NCBI GenBank assembly: GCA_031835245.2
Contig: JAVKOQ020000002.1
Span: 372,001 to 436,000 of the forward strand
Origin: Balamuthia mandrillaris
Lineage: Eukaryota
Reading direction: 5' to 3'
Length of the DNA stretch: 64,000 nucleotides
A model generated the notes under the pieces. It was given only the letters and a program-made list of their open reading frames with translations, did not search any database and was not told where the DNA came from. Below, one piece after another: positions 26,519 through 40,670 of this stretch; the stretch's first letter is position 1, and each line of letters begins with the position of its first letter. The translations under genes and the position numbers were made by a program.

Positions 26519-28470
26519 ATGAACGAAACCGAAGGTAACAAAGAACAAATGGACCTCTATTTTTTAATGTTCTTTGCTCTAACTAACTGATCTGGGTACA
26601 GATATGACCGCGACGTGGGAAGCGCTCAAAGAACTGTTGCTCCAATTTCCCGAGCCTCCAACCACCCCTATAGCACCGTTGCTCTCTCCCTGCAGCAGCA
26701 ACCAGGAGGAGAATGAAGAGGAGGCCGTGCATGCGCCTTCATCGCGAAGGAGCGTGACCTTGCCTCCTTGCCCTGCTCCTCTGCCAACGCCCAAAAAGAC
26801 GCCCCCCACCAGCGGCTCTTGCATCGTTACCTCTTCCCTCTCCGCCGCTAAGGTTTCCTTCTCCCCTTCTTCTCCCTCTCCCTCCGACAAGCCGTTGCAC
26901 CCTCCTCCACCTTCTTCTGTTCGAAGCAACAAAAAAAGTGCTTCTCCTTCCAACAATGAAGACCAACCACAACAACAGGGAGAGGAAATTCCTCCTCCTC
27001 TCCCTGATAGATCCGATCCTCCTTCTTCCTCCAACAGCAGCAACCATGACAAAGCACCAAAAGTTCCTTCCAGCTCGATCATTCAAAAGAGAGAAATACT
27101 TATGCAGGCTTTAATGAAGCAACCCATGTTTGCTGCTAATGCCACTTTAAGGCCCTCTCCTTCTTCTCTCTCGGCCTCGAACATCCCAACCATAACAACT
27201 TCCCATGTTGCAAGGCCTGTCCCTTCTTTTAGTTCTTCTGCTGAAAGTGTGCCGACCACTGCCGGAAGAGCGAGGGATGACTCTGGCATTCCTCCTAGAC
27301 CCAATTCTATGATGACTGTTGGGTCAGGTTCTCAAATTGAGCTTCCAACAGGTTTTGTATTTATCTCTCTCTCTCATCGTTCTCCCTCTTCTTTCATTGT
27401 GCTCATTCTCATTCTCCTTTTTCGCTATGTTAAACGTTACCTCATCGCCAGGAGGTTATCAAACAGTTCGAGAAACTCGAAAGAAGCGAAACAGCTTCTC
27501 ATCTTTGAACTCCATGATCATAGTACAAGATGGAAAGGAAATCGAGGAAAGCGAAGAACCTCCTGCTCTTCACAAAGAAACTTTGTTAAGGTTTGTTTTC
27601 TCTCTTTTTCTCGCTTGTTTTCCTCTCACCATCTGTTCATTTTCTGCGTTTAGGGCTGTAAGTGTTACGGGACTCGACTCTATAGTGGAAGAAAGAAAAC
27701 TTTATAGAGCATTACTCAGCTTGGGCAAAGAAGAAGTGGTCTCAAAGTTGGAAACAGCGTATCAACAACGGGATTCTTTGGCCATTCCAGCTCCTTCTTC
27801 ATCGCCTTCTTCCTCGTCTTCTCATGGTCATCACTCACCCAAGTCTGCCTCCAAACGGACGAAAGGAGCATTTAAGAAGAGTCTTTATCTTCTGAAACCT
27901 CCAAGCGATCCTATTCCACAAGCGAAGGTGTCTCTTCTTCTTGTTCTTCTTCTTCTTGCCCTGCATCTTCTTTCTTCTTCTCCTTTCTTCTCTCTTCTTC
28001 TTGCTTCTGTTAATGTTCTTCTTTTTCTTCTTCGTCTTCTTCGTTAACCTTCTTATCTCCTTTTCGTTTATCTTATCATTCCTTTATGCTTTAACGAAAC
28101 AAAGGTGTTGCATCATTACATCAACTTTTATGATGAAGGCAAAGAAGAGACATTGACAGAAGCTCCACTGGAGAAGGAACTTAGGGGAACTATCACCATC
28201 AGCAACACAGGAGGCGTCAAGCTTCCGTTTGCTGTTGAGCCTCCACCAAAAAAGTCTTGTTGCAGTTTTACCTTTCTTCCCAGCAGTGGCGTTTTAAAGA
28301 GGGTACATTCTTTTCGTTGTTGTCATTTGTTCTTTCTTCCTTTCTTTCTTATGGCTTTGCTTTTGTTTCTATAGAAAGAGACAAAAGAAATCGAAGTCAT
28401 GATGAAGGTTCACTCTCCTGTTTTGATCGAAGAAGTAATACCTATTCGAATGGATGGTAAGCAAGCTAAA

Positions 28471-28502
<32 letters not shown>

Positions 28503-29433
28503 GCTCGCTCGCTCTTTACTGAACGCAAATCATAACAAAAAAAAGGTTTGGGACGTTTCTTCTTGCTCATCTCTTTGCCGTGTGAGAAGGTATGTTTAGC
28601 TTTTTTTAAAACGAGAATGCTTGATGTTTCTCCTTCCCAGCAGCATGTTTTAACTTTGTTACCTCCTTTTGTGTCATCTTCAGTCTGTCTTTGGAGTTCT
28701 TCCTGAAGACTTGGTGCGTTCACCTTATGCGAGAGAAGAGAGGGAGAAAGGGAGAGAGAGGAGAGAGAGGATTCATTCACTGACAAAGCACAAAAGCCTC
28801 AAACCAACGACGAGGGCCTAACAGTGCCAACCGTTTTGGTCCAAATGAAGGACTACCTGCTGGCCAACGGTGGCCTCAAGCAAGAGGGCATCTTCCGTTT
28901 AGCTCCTGATGAGATCGAAACCCTCAAATGCAAGAAACAGCTCAACCAAGAGGGAGGCGCCTTCTTGTCCTCCTCCTCCGTAGACATCAACATCATTGCC
29001 AACCTCATCAAAGTGTGGTTCAGAGAGTTGCCAGAGCAGCTGCTCAACGACATCTCTGCGGAGCAGTTTGCAAAGCTGGATGACTGCGAGGACTTCTCTG
29101 TGGGCTCGTGGCAACTGCTCCAAACGGCAGTGGAGCCCTCCAAAAGGAACCTCATCATGTGGCTGCTACGTTTGTTGGCGAGGTTTGCGGAGGAGGAGAA
29201 GGCTACAAAGATGTCTGCTAGAAACCTTGGTTTGTGTTTTACTCTTCTCCTTTGGTTTGTTCTTCATCTCCTAACTGCAATGAAAAAAATATATAGCAAT
29301 TGTGGTGGCACCAAACTTGTTTTGTTTGGACGACAGGAATCCCATGGAGTCTCTTCATCTGAGCCAAAAGGTGGTCAACTTCTTCTTCACCATTCTTTCT
29401 CGCGTCTCTGAAGAACAAAAGAAGAGCAAGTGA
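26519..29433 (+). CDS. Pro/Ser-rich protein with ASH-like (Ig-fold) domain and RhoGAP domain
   Basis: VPTVLVQMKDYL..GGLKQEGIFRLAP, ANLIKVWFRELPE and TKMSARNLAIVVAPNL RhoGAP motifs, preceded by ITISNTG..F.PSSG.L..SVFG. Start at 26519 assumes a short first exon (alternative start 26604). Confidence 0.85.
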
Positions 29434-30104
29434 AAGCTCTTCCTGTTCTTTTATGGTAGAATAAATGTGGTGCACATTGCGTTTCCTTGTTTAGCCTCGC
29501 TCCGCATCCTTCGAAGTGTGTCATAGTTTTGGCAAAGACAGCGAGTAGCTAGTCTCCACGCTACACGGAGAGGGTATCTCCAGCTCATTCCGAAGATACT
29601 AGAGGACCATATGGCCGTTTTCAGCGGCTGGATATGTGGCACCAAATACATTCGATGCTTGCAGGGAAGGCTTACGCGCCGCTTTGGCCGCTGCAACGAG
29701 CGCAACGCCCGTACAACCACTGCAACAATTCCAAACGTCCTCCTCTCGCCTTGATCCATTGCATGGTAGGTTTATCCACATTGGTGCGACGGAGGAGAGC
29801 ATGCTTCCTTGCCACGGCATTCTTGGGTCAGCAATCTTTTCAGCCCTCTGGCAACATGTCTCGTTGAGGACGAAACCCGGCTGCTGGCCGGGAATGGTGC
29901 CCGTCTTTGTTCCTCCTTTGCGTGGAGGCGATGCCCAAGGAGGATAGTTAACGACATGCCGTTGGAAATCGGAAGGCAATGAGAGAGGAGAGAGGAGAAG
30001 AGAGAGGAGAAGAGATTCCCAGATCAGGTGCATTCCGTACGTAGCTGGAATTCTTTAAATTCTATGTATTCCAAATAAATAAATTATTCGACAAAAGAAA
30101 GCAA

Positions 30105-32584
30105 ATGGAGGCGTTATGTGGAGGCAGCTGCCTCTCCTGCTTGCTCCTCCTCTGCTTGCTCGCTTCTCCAGCGAGTAGTGGTGCGTTGACCTCAGGTTCT
30201 TTTCACGTGCTCCTTTTCTCACCTCAACTCTCACCTCACCCATTTTTTTTTTTGTGACTTTCATCTTCTTCTTGCTTTTTGCTTCTTGCTTCTTCTTCTT
30301 GCTTCTTGCTTCTTGCTTCTTCTTCTTCTTCTTCTTCTTCTTCTTCTTCTTGTTCTTGTTCTTGTTCTTGTTCTTCTTCTTCTTCTTCTTCTTCTTCTTT
30401 CTCTTGTTCTTCTTCTTCTTCTTCTTCTTCTTCTTCTTCTTCTTCTTCTTCTTCTTCTTCTTCTTCTTCTTCTTGTGTTTCTTTTTCAAAGATGCATACA
30501 AAGCAGTGGAAACCCACCAGGCCAGAGTGCTGGTCACTTGGGATGGGGGCGACGCCTGCCCCATCTGCCCAGACGCTACCAACATGCAGACCTTTGCCTG
30601 CTCCAACCAGCGCGGCAACTGGAACGACGGCAAAAAGACCTTCACCGACCCGGCCCCTGACCACCCCGAGAAGCTCATCACCAGCTTCTCCCTCCGCATG
30701 GCGGGGAGGTTCTACTGCCAGGGCGGGAGGAACAGCTCCGAGGTGCACGTCACCCTGCAGGGGCAAACCCTGTTCTCTGGGGCCATGCCCCACCTGCCCT
30801 CCGGCTGCTACTGCGGCAACTGCGCGGCCTGGGCCAACTACAGCCTCTCCGCCCCGCTGGGGGGCTGGTGGAGCTACAACCACTCGGGCACGAACCTCAT
30901 GCAGGTGTTGGTCACGCAGAACGCCATTTGCTTGCACGCCGTGGAATTGGTGTTCAACTACACTCTGAGTTGCGTGTCTCTGCTCTGCTTCTCTTCTCTC
31001 TTCTGTATCCTTGCTTCTGTCCTTGGGTTTCTCCTCCTATTCCTTTCTTATGTTCCAAAGTAACTCACTTGCATGCAAACAACGACAGAGCAACATGAAG
31101 CAGGAACAGATGGAACTCTGCAACATTACGGCGTTTGGTTCATCATCATTGGCTTTGGCGTTTTGGTGCTCACGTTGGTGGGTGTTGTGGCCAGCATTAA
31201 GCTAAAGCTTAAAAAGGCCAGAAACGGTTACATCGAAGTGAACGGTCAGCACCCTCCTAACTATAACGCTCTGGCGAACACCTCTGGATTGGATGCCCTG
31301 TTGCATGGCTTCTCCGATGCCTTTGAAGAGGTGGACATCAAAGAGCTGAAAATGGGTCCTCGTATTGGCAAAGGGAGTTATGCAGAAGTTTATAAGGCCA
31401 CTTGGCGAGGCACTGCTGTTGCTGTTAAAAAACTTCCTGGTACTTTTCTTCTTTCTCTCTGCTTTCTTTTAATATATATCTTTCCTTCCTCATTTGCTAG
31501 GTATTAGTTGTAACTAACTCCTCTTTTCTGTACTGCAGCACATTTGTTGACGGCATCCTTCTTTGATGACTTTGAAAGAGAGGCAGCGCTAATGAAGAGA
31601 CTGAGACACCCAAACGTGCTTCAATTCTTGGGGGCTTGTCTCATCTCTCCTGACGTGTGTATAATAATGGAAATGATGCCCAGAGGAAGTCTCTACCGAA
31701 TCCTTCATCAACGCAATATAAAGTTGGATTGGCCACTGCTCCGCGCTATGGCCATGGATGCCGCTCGCGGTATGAACTATCTGCATACATGCGAACCTAT
31801 TGTATTACACAGAGACATGAAAAGTCAAAACTTGCTGGTTCGTATTTCTTGTCTTTTCTGTATCTGTTTCTCCTGTTTCTTGTTTTGTTCGCTCTGCTTC
31901 TGCTTCTTCTTCTTCTTCTTTTACCTCTGACCAGAAAAAACAACAAGGTGGATGAAAACTGGAAAGTCAAAGTTTGTGACTTTGGTCTTAGCAAAATTGT
32001 AGCTGAGACCTTTTCAGCCACACTGACCTCTTGTGGAACACCATGCTGGACCGCTCCTGAGGTTTTGCGTAATGAACGATATACAGAAAAGGCTGATGTC
32101 TACAGCTTTGGAATTGTATGTTGTTTTCTTATCTAACTTCTCTCTTCTACACTCCTATCTTCTCACGTTTCGCGTTTATCCTCCACCAAACAAAAAGGTA
32201 CTTTGGGAAATGGCGACAAGGGAGGATCCCTATGGTGGAATGCCTCCCTTCCAAGTGGTCTTTGCTGTGGCCACCGAAAAGATACGGCCAGAGATCCCCG
32301 ATCAATGTCCTCCCGCTTGGGCCGACCTCATTCGTAGGTGTTGGGCGGAGGACCCAAAGCAACGGCCCTCCTTCCAACAGGTGTTGGAGTGTTTAGAGGG
32401 TATGCCCAAGCCCGAAGTGGACTACGAGGACATGCACAGACAGATGGCAGAAGAGAAGGAGAAGGAAGAGGCGGAGGCAGAAGCGAAGAGATCGCGAGCA
32501 TTGGAAGAAGGAAGAAGACAAGGAGAATCAGAAGTTGAATACAGCGAGCGGAAAGCTGAGGGAGGAGAAGAAGAAAATGTGTAA
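30105..32584 (+). CDS. Receptor-like TKL protein kinase (signal peptide, Cys-rich ectodomain, TM, kinase); resembles Dictyostelium Drk-type kinases
   Basis: Signal peptide MEALCGGSCLSCLLLLCLLA; TM VWFIIIGFGVLVLTLVGVVA; GKGSYAEV, VAVKKL, HRDMKSQN, DFGLSK and GTPCWTAPE motifs. Confidence 0.92.
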
Positions 32585-33172
32585 TGGAGGCAGTTAAAAA
32601 AAAACAAAAACCAATGCAATGCAATGAAAAGACTTGTTCCAGCTGGCGGACCCGTTACGAGTTTGAATGCCAGGCGGTCACATTTTTTCCTTGCATCGTA
32701 ATGTTACGAATCATTTTTTCCTTGTATAGTGAAGCTTATGTCATACATTCCTTTTATAGTATGAAATGATAATACAATATCTTCTTGCTGTGCAAATGAC
32801 GTGCAGCTTTTGGGGACAAATGGTGCTTCCCCATGGGGTCAAATTCTAACGGTCGCATCCTCATATGTCGACATAAATTATGTTTGCCTTTTTTCGGGTT
32901 CTATTTGTCGGCAACAAACAAAAAGAGAAGTGGGAAGAACGGAAAAGAAAGAAAGTAGCGGCGGCTGCACGCAGATTTATTTATTCATCTTTGGTGTGCG
33001 TGCAAAAAGGATTCAACACACTGTTCGTCGTTAAAAAACCGACGAAAAAAGCTCTGACAACAACTCTGCAACAAGTAGAATAGGAAAGAGGGGTTGCAAA
33101 AAAACCAAACAAACGAAATAATTTTTGTTTAGAATATCAAACCAAAAAGATTTTACGACGACGACTACCACC

Positions 33173-34742
33173 ATGAATTCGAGGATCTTTCAGTTCAAGT
33201 TGGTGCTGTTGGGACAAGCAGGCGTTGGCAAGTCTAACCTCGTGCTTCGTTTTGTGAAGGGCGAGTTTCATGAAAACAACGAGAGTACCATTGGGGGTAT
33301 GCTTTTCCCTTCTTGTTTCTGTTTCAAAGAGTTTGCTTTTCTTCTTCTTGTTCCTCTTGCTTCGTTCTTGTGGCTCCTCCTCCTCCTCCTCCTCCTCCTC
33401 CTCCTCCTCCTCCTCCTCCCTCCTCCTCCTCCTCCTCCTCCTCCCCTCCTCCTCCTCCTCCTCCCTCCTCCTCCTCCTCCTCCTCCCTCCTCCTCCTCCT
33501 CCTCCTCCTCCTCCTCCTCCCTCCTCCCTCCTCCTCCTCCTCCTCCTCCTCCTCCTCCTCCTCTTGACACTTTGTTTCATAGCTGCGTTTCTTACCCAAA
33601 CGGTTGGTTTGAGCGACCAAACGATGGTCAAGTTTGAGATTTGGGTAAGTTTGCTCTCCGCTCTTAGGTTTGACAACGTGAACTTCTTACCCACTCACTT
33701 TATTTTTGTGTTTTGTAGGATACAGCTGGACAAGAAAATATCCTTTCTTTGCCTTTTATTCTTGTTCTTCTGCTTGTTCGTCTTCTTCTGTTGCTGCTCT
33801 TTCTTGTTCTTCTTCTTCTTCTTCTTGTGGTTCTTTGTTCTCTCTCTCTCTCTCTCTTCTCTTGTCCCTCTACTTGCTTCTCCATTCGTTGCACGTTGGT
33901 CATCGTTTTCTTGCTCCTTATCATTGTTGTTATATTCTTGTTCTTCTTCTTCTTCTTCTTCTTGTCTGTTTCTCATTCTTGCTCTTCTTTTCCGGAGCAT
34001 TCGTTTTTATCTTCTGCTGTTTCCTTGACGAAACGATGAAATTACGGTTCAACAGTTTAGCGCCAATGTACTACCGTGGTGCTCAAGCCGCTCTTGTAGT
34101 ATACGACATTACAAGCGAGGTACATTTAACTATGCTCTTATTTTTTTTCTCTTCTCGTTCTCTTTTCCCTCCGCCTCTTTCTCTCTCTCTCCATTGGGTC
34201 TCGTTTCTGATTCCTTTCTTTCCCGCGTTTTTTCTCTGCCTTATTTTGTGTACAGAGTTCTTTCAACAGAGCAAAGGCATGGGTAAAAGAACTGCAAACA
34301 CAAGGAGCTGCCAAGATGGTAATCGCGTTGGTTGGTAACAAGTGCGACTTGGAAGACAGCCGAAAGATACGAAGTGAGGTATATATTTTTCCTTCGTATT
34401 TTCCATTGATGTTAACCAATGCTAATACTGCAAATAAAAAGGACGCACAAACCTACGCAGAAGAGAATGGCGTTTTGTTTATGGAGACATCTGCCAAGAC
34501 AGCACAAAACGTTAATACCATCTTTGAGGAAATCGGTTAGGATTAGCTCAGCGCTTCTTTCTCTTCCTTCTTCCTTGCTTCTCCCACTGATATACACAAA
34601 ACAGCCAAAACATTACCAAAGGAAAACCGTGATCGTCCAGGAGGAGCGCCAAGGGTATGTGTTCCTTTTTTCTTTTTTCTTTCTTTTTGCAGTTGATTGA
34701 AGAACCAGAGGAGAGAGAAAGAGAAAGAGAAAGAGAAAGAGA

Positions 34743-34781
<39 letters not shown>

Positions 34782-34945
34782 AGAGAAAGAGAGAGCAGTA
34801 AAAGAAAGCGAGAGGGGCAGAAAGAGAATCCTTGTTGACATGTGCATCTCAATACAACACAAAAAAGGCTGGACTTATATTAAGCCACGACGCAGCCACC
34901 AACAGCCGAAAGAAGCAAAAGTGCGCATGTGGTGGTGGAGCCTAA
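33173..34945 (+). CDS. Rab5-family small GTPase
   Basis: [50 protein letters not shown] and ETSAK motifs; C-terminus KCACGGGA. Confidence 0.92.
33374..33562 (+). repeat. (CCT)n microsatellite in Rab intron 1
   Basis: Directly visible. Confidence 0.95.
33738..34045 (+). other. U12-type (minor spliceosome) AT-AC intron
   Basis: 5' ATATCCTT, branch site TTTCCTTGAC at 34020-34029, 3' end AC. Splicing restores GQE-R(A|GG)-FNSLAP. Confidence 0.93.
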
Positions 34946-35115
34946 ACCACCGGCGTAACACAACCGTGCTGCGTCTTGCTGTCTCCGTTTTATTTTATTT
35001 CCCTTATCTTTTTTTTTCTCCTTCTTTATGTGCTTGTTTGTTTTTCTTTTGCATAATAAGCTTCTTATTTATTATTTTTTCTTGCTTTCGTTGTTCTTCT
35101 GTTTGTTATGGCCAG

Positions 35116-35151
<36 letters not shown>

Positions 35152-35207
35152 ACGCTTGTTTTTTTTTAAAGAAAACTTAGTTTTATCTTTGACTGCTTCT
35201 TCTTTCA

Positions 35208-36488
<1,281 letters not shown>

Positions 36489-36741
36489 TTTTTTTTGGTT
36501 TTGTTAAAATTTATTCGCCGTTTTCGTTTATTGCAAAAAAATATTTAAATTTTCGATATATGTCGACATATATAATTGTCGACGGACTTGAAAGCACCTT
36601 TATTTTTAAGGTTGCTGATGTCATTACAGCTGCACAGAATGAGGAGGAAAAGTGCAGCACTGGGACAAAAAGAACAATGTGGAAATTTCGCAAAGGAGAA
36701 GAGAGAGTGTGAAAGGAGGAGGAAGGAGAGGCTTGGCTGTT

Positions 36742-39162
36742 TTACGGTTTGACCCAAGAGCTTTCGCCCGTAATGGGGTTGTAGTAGTAGGGTGTGCCGT
36801 CGTCCGCTTTGTACTCGATCCACTGGTCCTCCACAGGCGGCGGCGGGGGCGTGAACCCCAAAGCCACAGGAGCGGGCGTAATGGCGGGTGGTTCTGGGAT
36901 GGAGGCCTGGTTTGGTTTGAGAAGAAAAAAGAGCGAGGAGGTTAACAGCCTTCTTAAAACAAAAAAGAGGATGATAAACAAACGAACCTCGGAATGAAGC
37001 TCTTCCTCAGCAGGAGGTGCAGGCAAGGGTTCCAACTCAGCCCGACTGGGAAGCACAGGCGGTGGCAAGGCCGGCTCCACCTTCATCTCCTCCACGTAGT
37101 TGTAGGGGATATTGCCCTGCTGTCCGTTCAGCTCCACCTTCCACCAGTTCTTGTTGGTCTTGTCGATGACCTTGAGCACATCGCCTACCTGCATGCTCAG
37201 CTCTCCCTGTCTCTCTGCGTTGAATGCCCATTTGGCCTTGACGAAGCAGTCAGTGGAAGAGGAGGTAGGAGGGAGAGGCGGTGGACCGCCAGGAACAGAG
37301 GGAATGGCGCGGGCGGCGAAGGGATCAGCAGCGGCACCAGCTGGACCGAACTGGTTGATAGCTTGTTCTAAACGATTGCCCGTGCCTATTTTTTTTTATA
37401 TTGTTGTCAGTTTTTATAAACGTGGAAAATAAAAATAACACAGATACAAACCTCCACTAATAGGAGCCCAAGTCATGGGACGAGCAGCACTAGGACGGCT
37501 GAATACGTCCTCCGAAAGAGAGGAAGGAGGTCGAACGGCTCCGTCATCGCTGGAGAGAGGAGCGAGATTGTTCTTGCTGCCTCGTTTCTTTTCCTTGTCC
37601 TTCTTCTTTCCGTCTTTCTTGGAGAGACTCTTGGCTTTCATCACCTCTTTCTTCTTCTTGTCCATGTCAGGCACGAGCTGGTTGCTAAAGTTGGGGTTGT
37701 AGGCTTCCGCAAGATTGCCTTCGGGCTCTTTGTTGGGCTTCACGATGACTGCTTCGCCGATGCTCTCTTTCAGTTTCTCCAATTGTTCTGTTATTTTTGT
37801 TTGTTAGCTAACGTGTTTGAATGCAGGTGTTACACTCAAAGACATAAAGGAAAAAGAAACAAGAAATAATGGAGATAAAAATAAACAAAAAAATGCTATA
37901 GCAACACAATGCAGAGAAAAAAAAACGCAGATTGTTTTCATGAGGCAGAATAAACGTACGCTGCATAGCGTCAAGGTTGTTGGCTCTTGCCTTCATGGTC
38001 ATGCACCATGCCTGCAACAGCTTGAAGTAGGTCTGTTGGCAGTGACGTTCCACATCGGCTGCGATGAGGTCTCTGTATTCTGTGATTTGCTTTTGAGTTG
38101 TTTCCCATTGTGTTGTAAGCTGTATATTGTGTGTATAAGATTTGTATAAGTTCTTACGAAAGAATAATAACAATGAAAGAAGAAGAAGAAGGAAGGAGGA
38201 GAAGTGGAGCACGAAAAAAAGGCGATCATAGAATAAAGAAAGCAAGAAAAACGAACCTCGTTTGCGTCGAGCAAGCCCTTCTTCAGTTCTTTGCGGAAGG
38301 TGCCTCCTTTGCTGCGTAACTCTGTGTCAAACTTCACAATTGCTTTTCTCACATCTTTTTCTTTTTTCTATTTGGTTTTGTTTTTTTGTTTAGCAAATTG
38401 TTTATCTTTTTTTTTTTTGATGAAAGAAAGAAAGAAATACTTACAAGTGTTTCTCGCACTTCTGCTTCCATACCGATCGTCAACGGATCCACAAAAGAAT
38501 TTTGTGCAGCTTCGTCCTATAGGAAAACTTATGAGCCAAAAAGGGAGAACGCAAAGAAAAGAGGAGAGGAGAGGATTCAATTCTACCCAAGGTTGCGTTC
38601 TATCCAGCTCTCTTTGTTTTTCTCCAAGATCTTTGAAGCACTTGGCTTAAAAAAACGGTTTAATGAACAGGTTTAGTGGCACATAACGACTGAGGCGAAA
38701 AAAGCACACAAACCCCATTCCGAGTCCAGGCCGATCGTTTCGGCAATGATGGACCAGAGATCGGCGATCTTCTCACCGGTTTCCTGCTGGGCTGCAGGGA
38801 GAAAAAGATACGTAACATATTTAAAAAAATGTGCGAAGAACAAGAAGAAAAAGAAGAACAACAAGAAGAAGAAAGAAGAGAGAAGAAGAGGAACGATATA
38901 AAGGAAGACAGAATTGACGTTTAGAAGTATAAAAATAAAAAACCTTTCATTAGTCTTTGGTACTGCTGCACCAATTTGATGAGCTCTGGAGCATGTTTGG
39001 TTTGTATGTCTTTGGTGCCCTATGCGCGTGTGGGAGAAGCAAAAAAAAATAATCAATAAGCTGGTTGACGGAAAGTAATATTTTTAAAAAAATTACCTCA
39101 ATCAATTTGTTCACTTTGCTTTTCCATAGCGTTACTTCCTCTTTCTCCAGCGGAGCCGACAT
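36742..39162 (-). CDS. Helical (BAR/I-BAR-like) domain + SH3 + C-terminal WW protein
   Basis: SH3: AKWAFNAERQGELSMQVGD..WWK..G.IPYNYV. WW: WIEYKADDGTPYYYNPITGESSWVKP. The N-terminal ~230 aa are all helical; the BAR assignment is inferred. Confidence 0.75.
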
Positions 39163-39500
39163 GGGTGCTTTATAAGGTGTGTTTGTTGTAAGGGAGGGGG
39201 AGGAGTCTGTTTTGTTGGTTGCTCGCCTTTCGGTCTCCTTCACTTTGGTTTTTTTTTATTTTTTATTTTTTTGTTGTGTCACCAAATGAATGAATGAATG
39301 AAGGCCTATGAAAGAGATTTTGGTCGCATAGCATGCAGATTAATTAATGGATATCATTCCATTCATTTTTCAAATTCCGATGACATTTCATTTTCCTTAT
39401 TTACAAAACTATGACGTCAACACTCCTTATACTCTCCTTTGGTGATGTGGATTTTTCGTATATTTGGAAATAATGACATCATATTTTAAAAAAGAAAGAG

Positions 39501-40185
39501 ATGAAGAGAACGCTGATCTCGAGCGTGCGGGCGACGCCTCCTCGAGCCTGTGGGTGGAGCCTGGCCGATGGAGCGACAACAAGACTGCACAACCCCCGCA
39601 AGTGCCTCTACCTAGGGATGCATGCAATGACCTCTCAACGCAGAACCATGTTCTCCGACGAGAAAAGAGAGATTTACGATCGAATGATTCGAGTCGATCA
39701 GGTTTGTTGCTCTTCCTTCTCCCTCGTTGTTTCATCCTCATCACCAAGCACTCACCACGGGTTTCCTCTTTGAAGGCGGGAGAAATGGGAGCACAGCAGA
39801 TCTACAAAGGCCAGTTAGCGGTACTCAAAGGGACACCCGAGAAGCCAGTCATCGCAGAAATGGCACGCCAGGAAGAGAAACACCTCAAAGCCTTCAACGA
39901 GATGATGGTCAAGCATCGGGTGCGTCCCAGCGCCTTGTCCCCCCTCTGGGAGGTGGCTGGCTACGCCCTGGGCGTAGGAACGGCCCTCTTGGGCAAGGAG
40001 GCCGCCATGGCGTGCACTGTGGCTGTGGAGACGGTGATTGGGCACCATTATAATGACCAGCTGAGAACGTTGAACGAGAAGGGATATGAAGACGAAGAGG
40101 ACCGAAAGTTGAGGAAGGTGCGTAGATGAGAAAGAATGAGAGAGAGAGAGAGAGAGAGGGGGGGGGAGGGAGAGAGAGGGAGAGG

Positions 40186-40234
<49 letters not shown>

Positions 40235-40535
40235 CAAAGGCAGTTTTATGTGTAACCACTTAACTTAACAACTTTAACTTTCACACATGATAGATGATAA
40301 AGGAGTTTAGGGATGACGAATTGGAGCATTTAGACACCGGTTTGAAGCACGATGCTGAACAGGTATGTAGTGGTGATGAAGGTTGTTATCTCATTGTGTT
40401 GATCTCCACATCTCATGAATTTATTCCCCCCCCCCCAATCTTCTAACAACCACCTAGGCTCCGTTATACAAGGTATTGACCACAGCCATCGAGACCGGCT
40501 CCAAGGCGGCCATTTGGGTCGCCACCCGCCTGTAA
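39501..40535 (+). CDS. COQ7: 5-demethoxyubiquinone hydroxylase
   Basis: [35 protein letters not shown] and [10 protein letters not shown] di-iron motifs. Confidence 0.95.
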
Positions 40536-40670
40536 TGCTCTCTCTCCTTGTCCCGATACTGTACATTTTTAGCACAACAAGAGCAGTTTTTGTGCACCAT
40601 GTGATACTTTGTGTCGACAACATCTCTGTCGACAATAACTGTGAATAGTGTCGACAACTTAAAATAAAAG

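Noticed and set aside
29450..29950. Non-repetitive, coding-like intergenic stretch between the RhoGAP and kinase genes
   Set aside because: Only short ORFs in several frames and no recognisable motif; possibly a decayed gene but unsupported.
31004..31012. GTATCCTT U12-like donor in the kinase gene
   Set aside because: Lies inside an intron already explained by an in-frame GT donor at ~30969; no U12 branch site near the acceptor.
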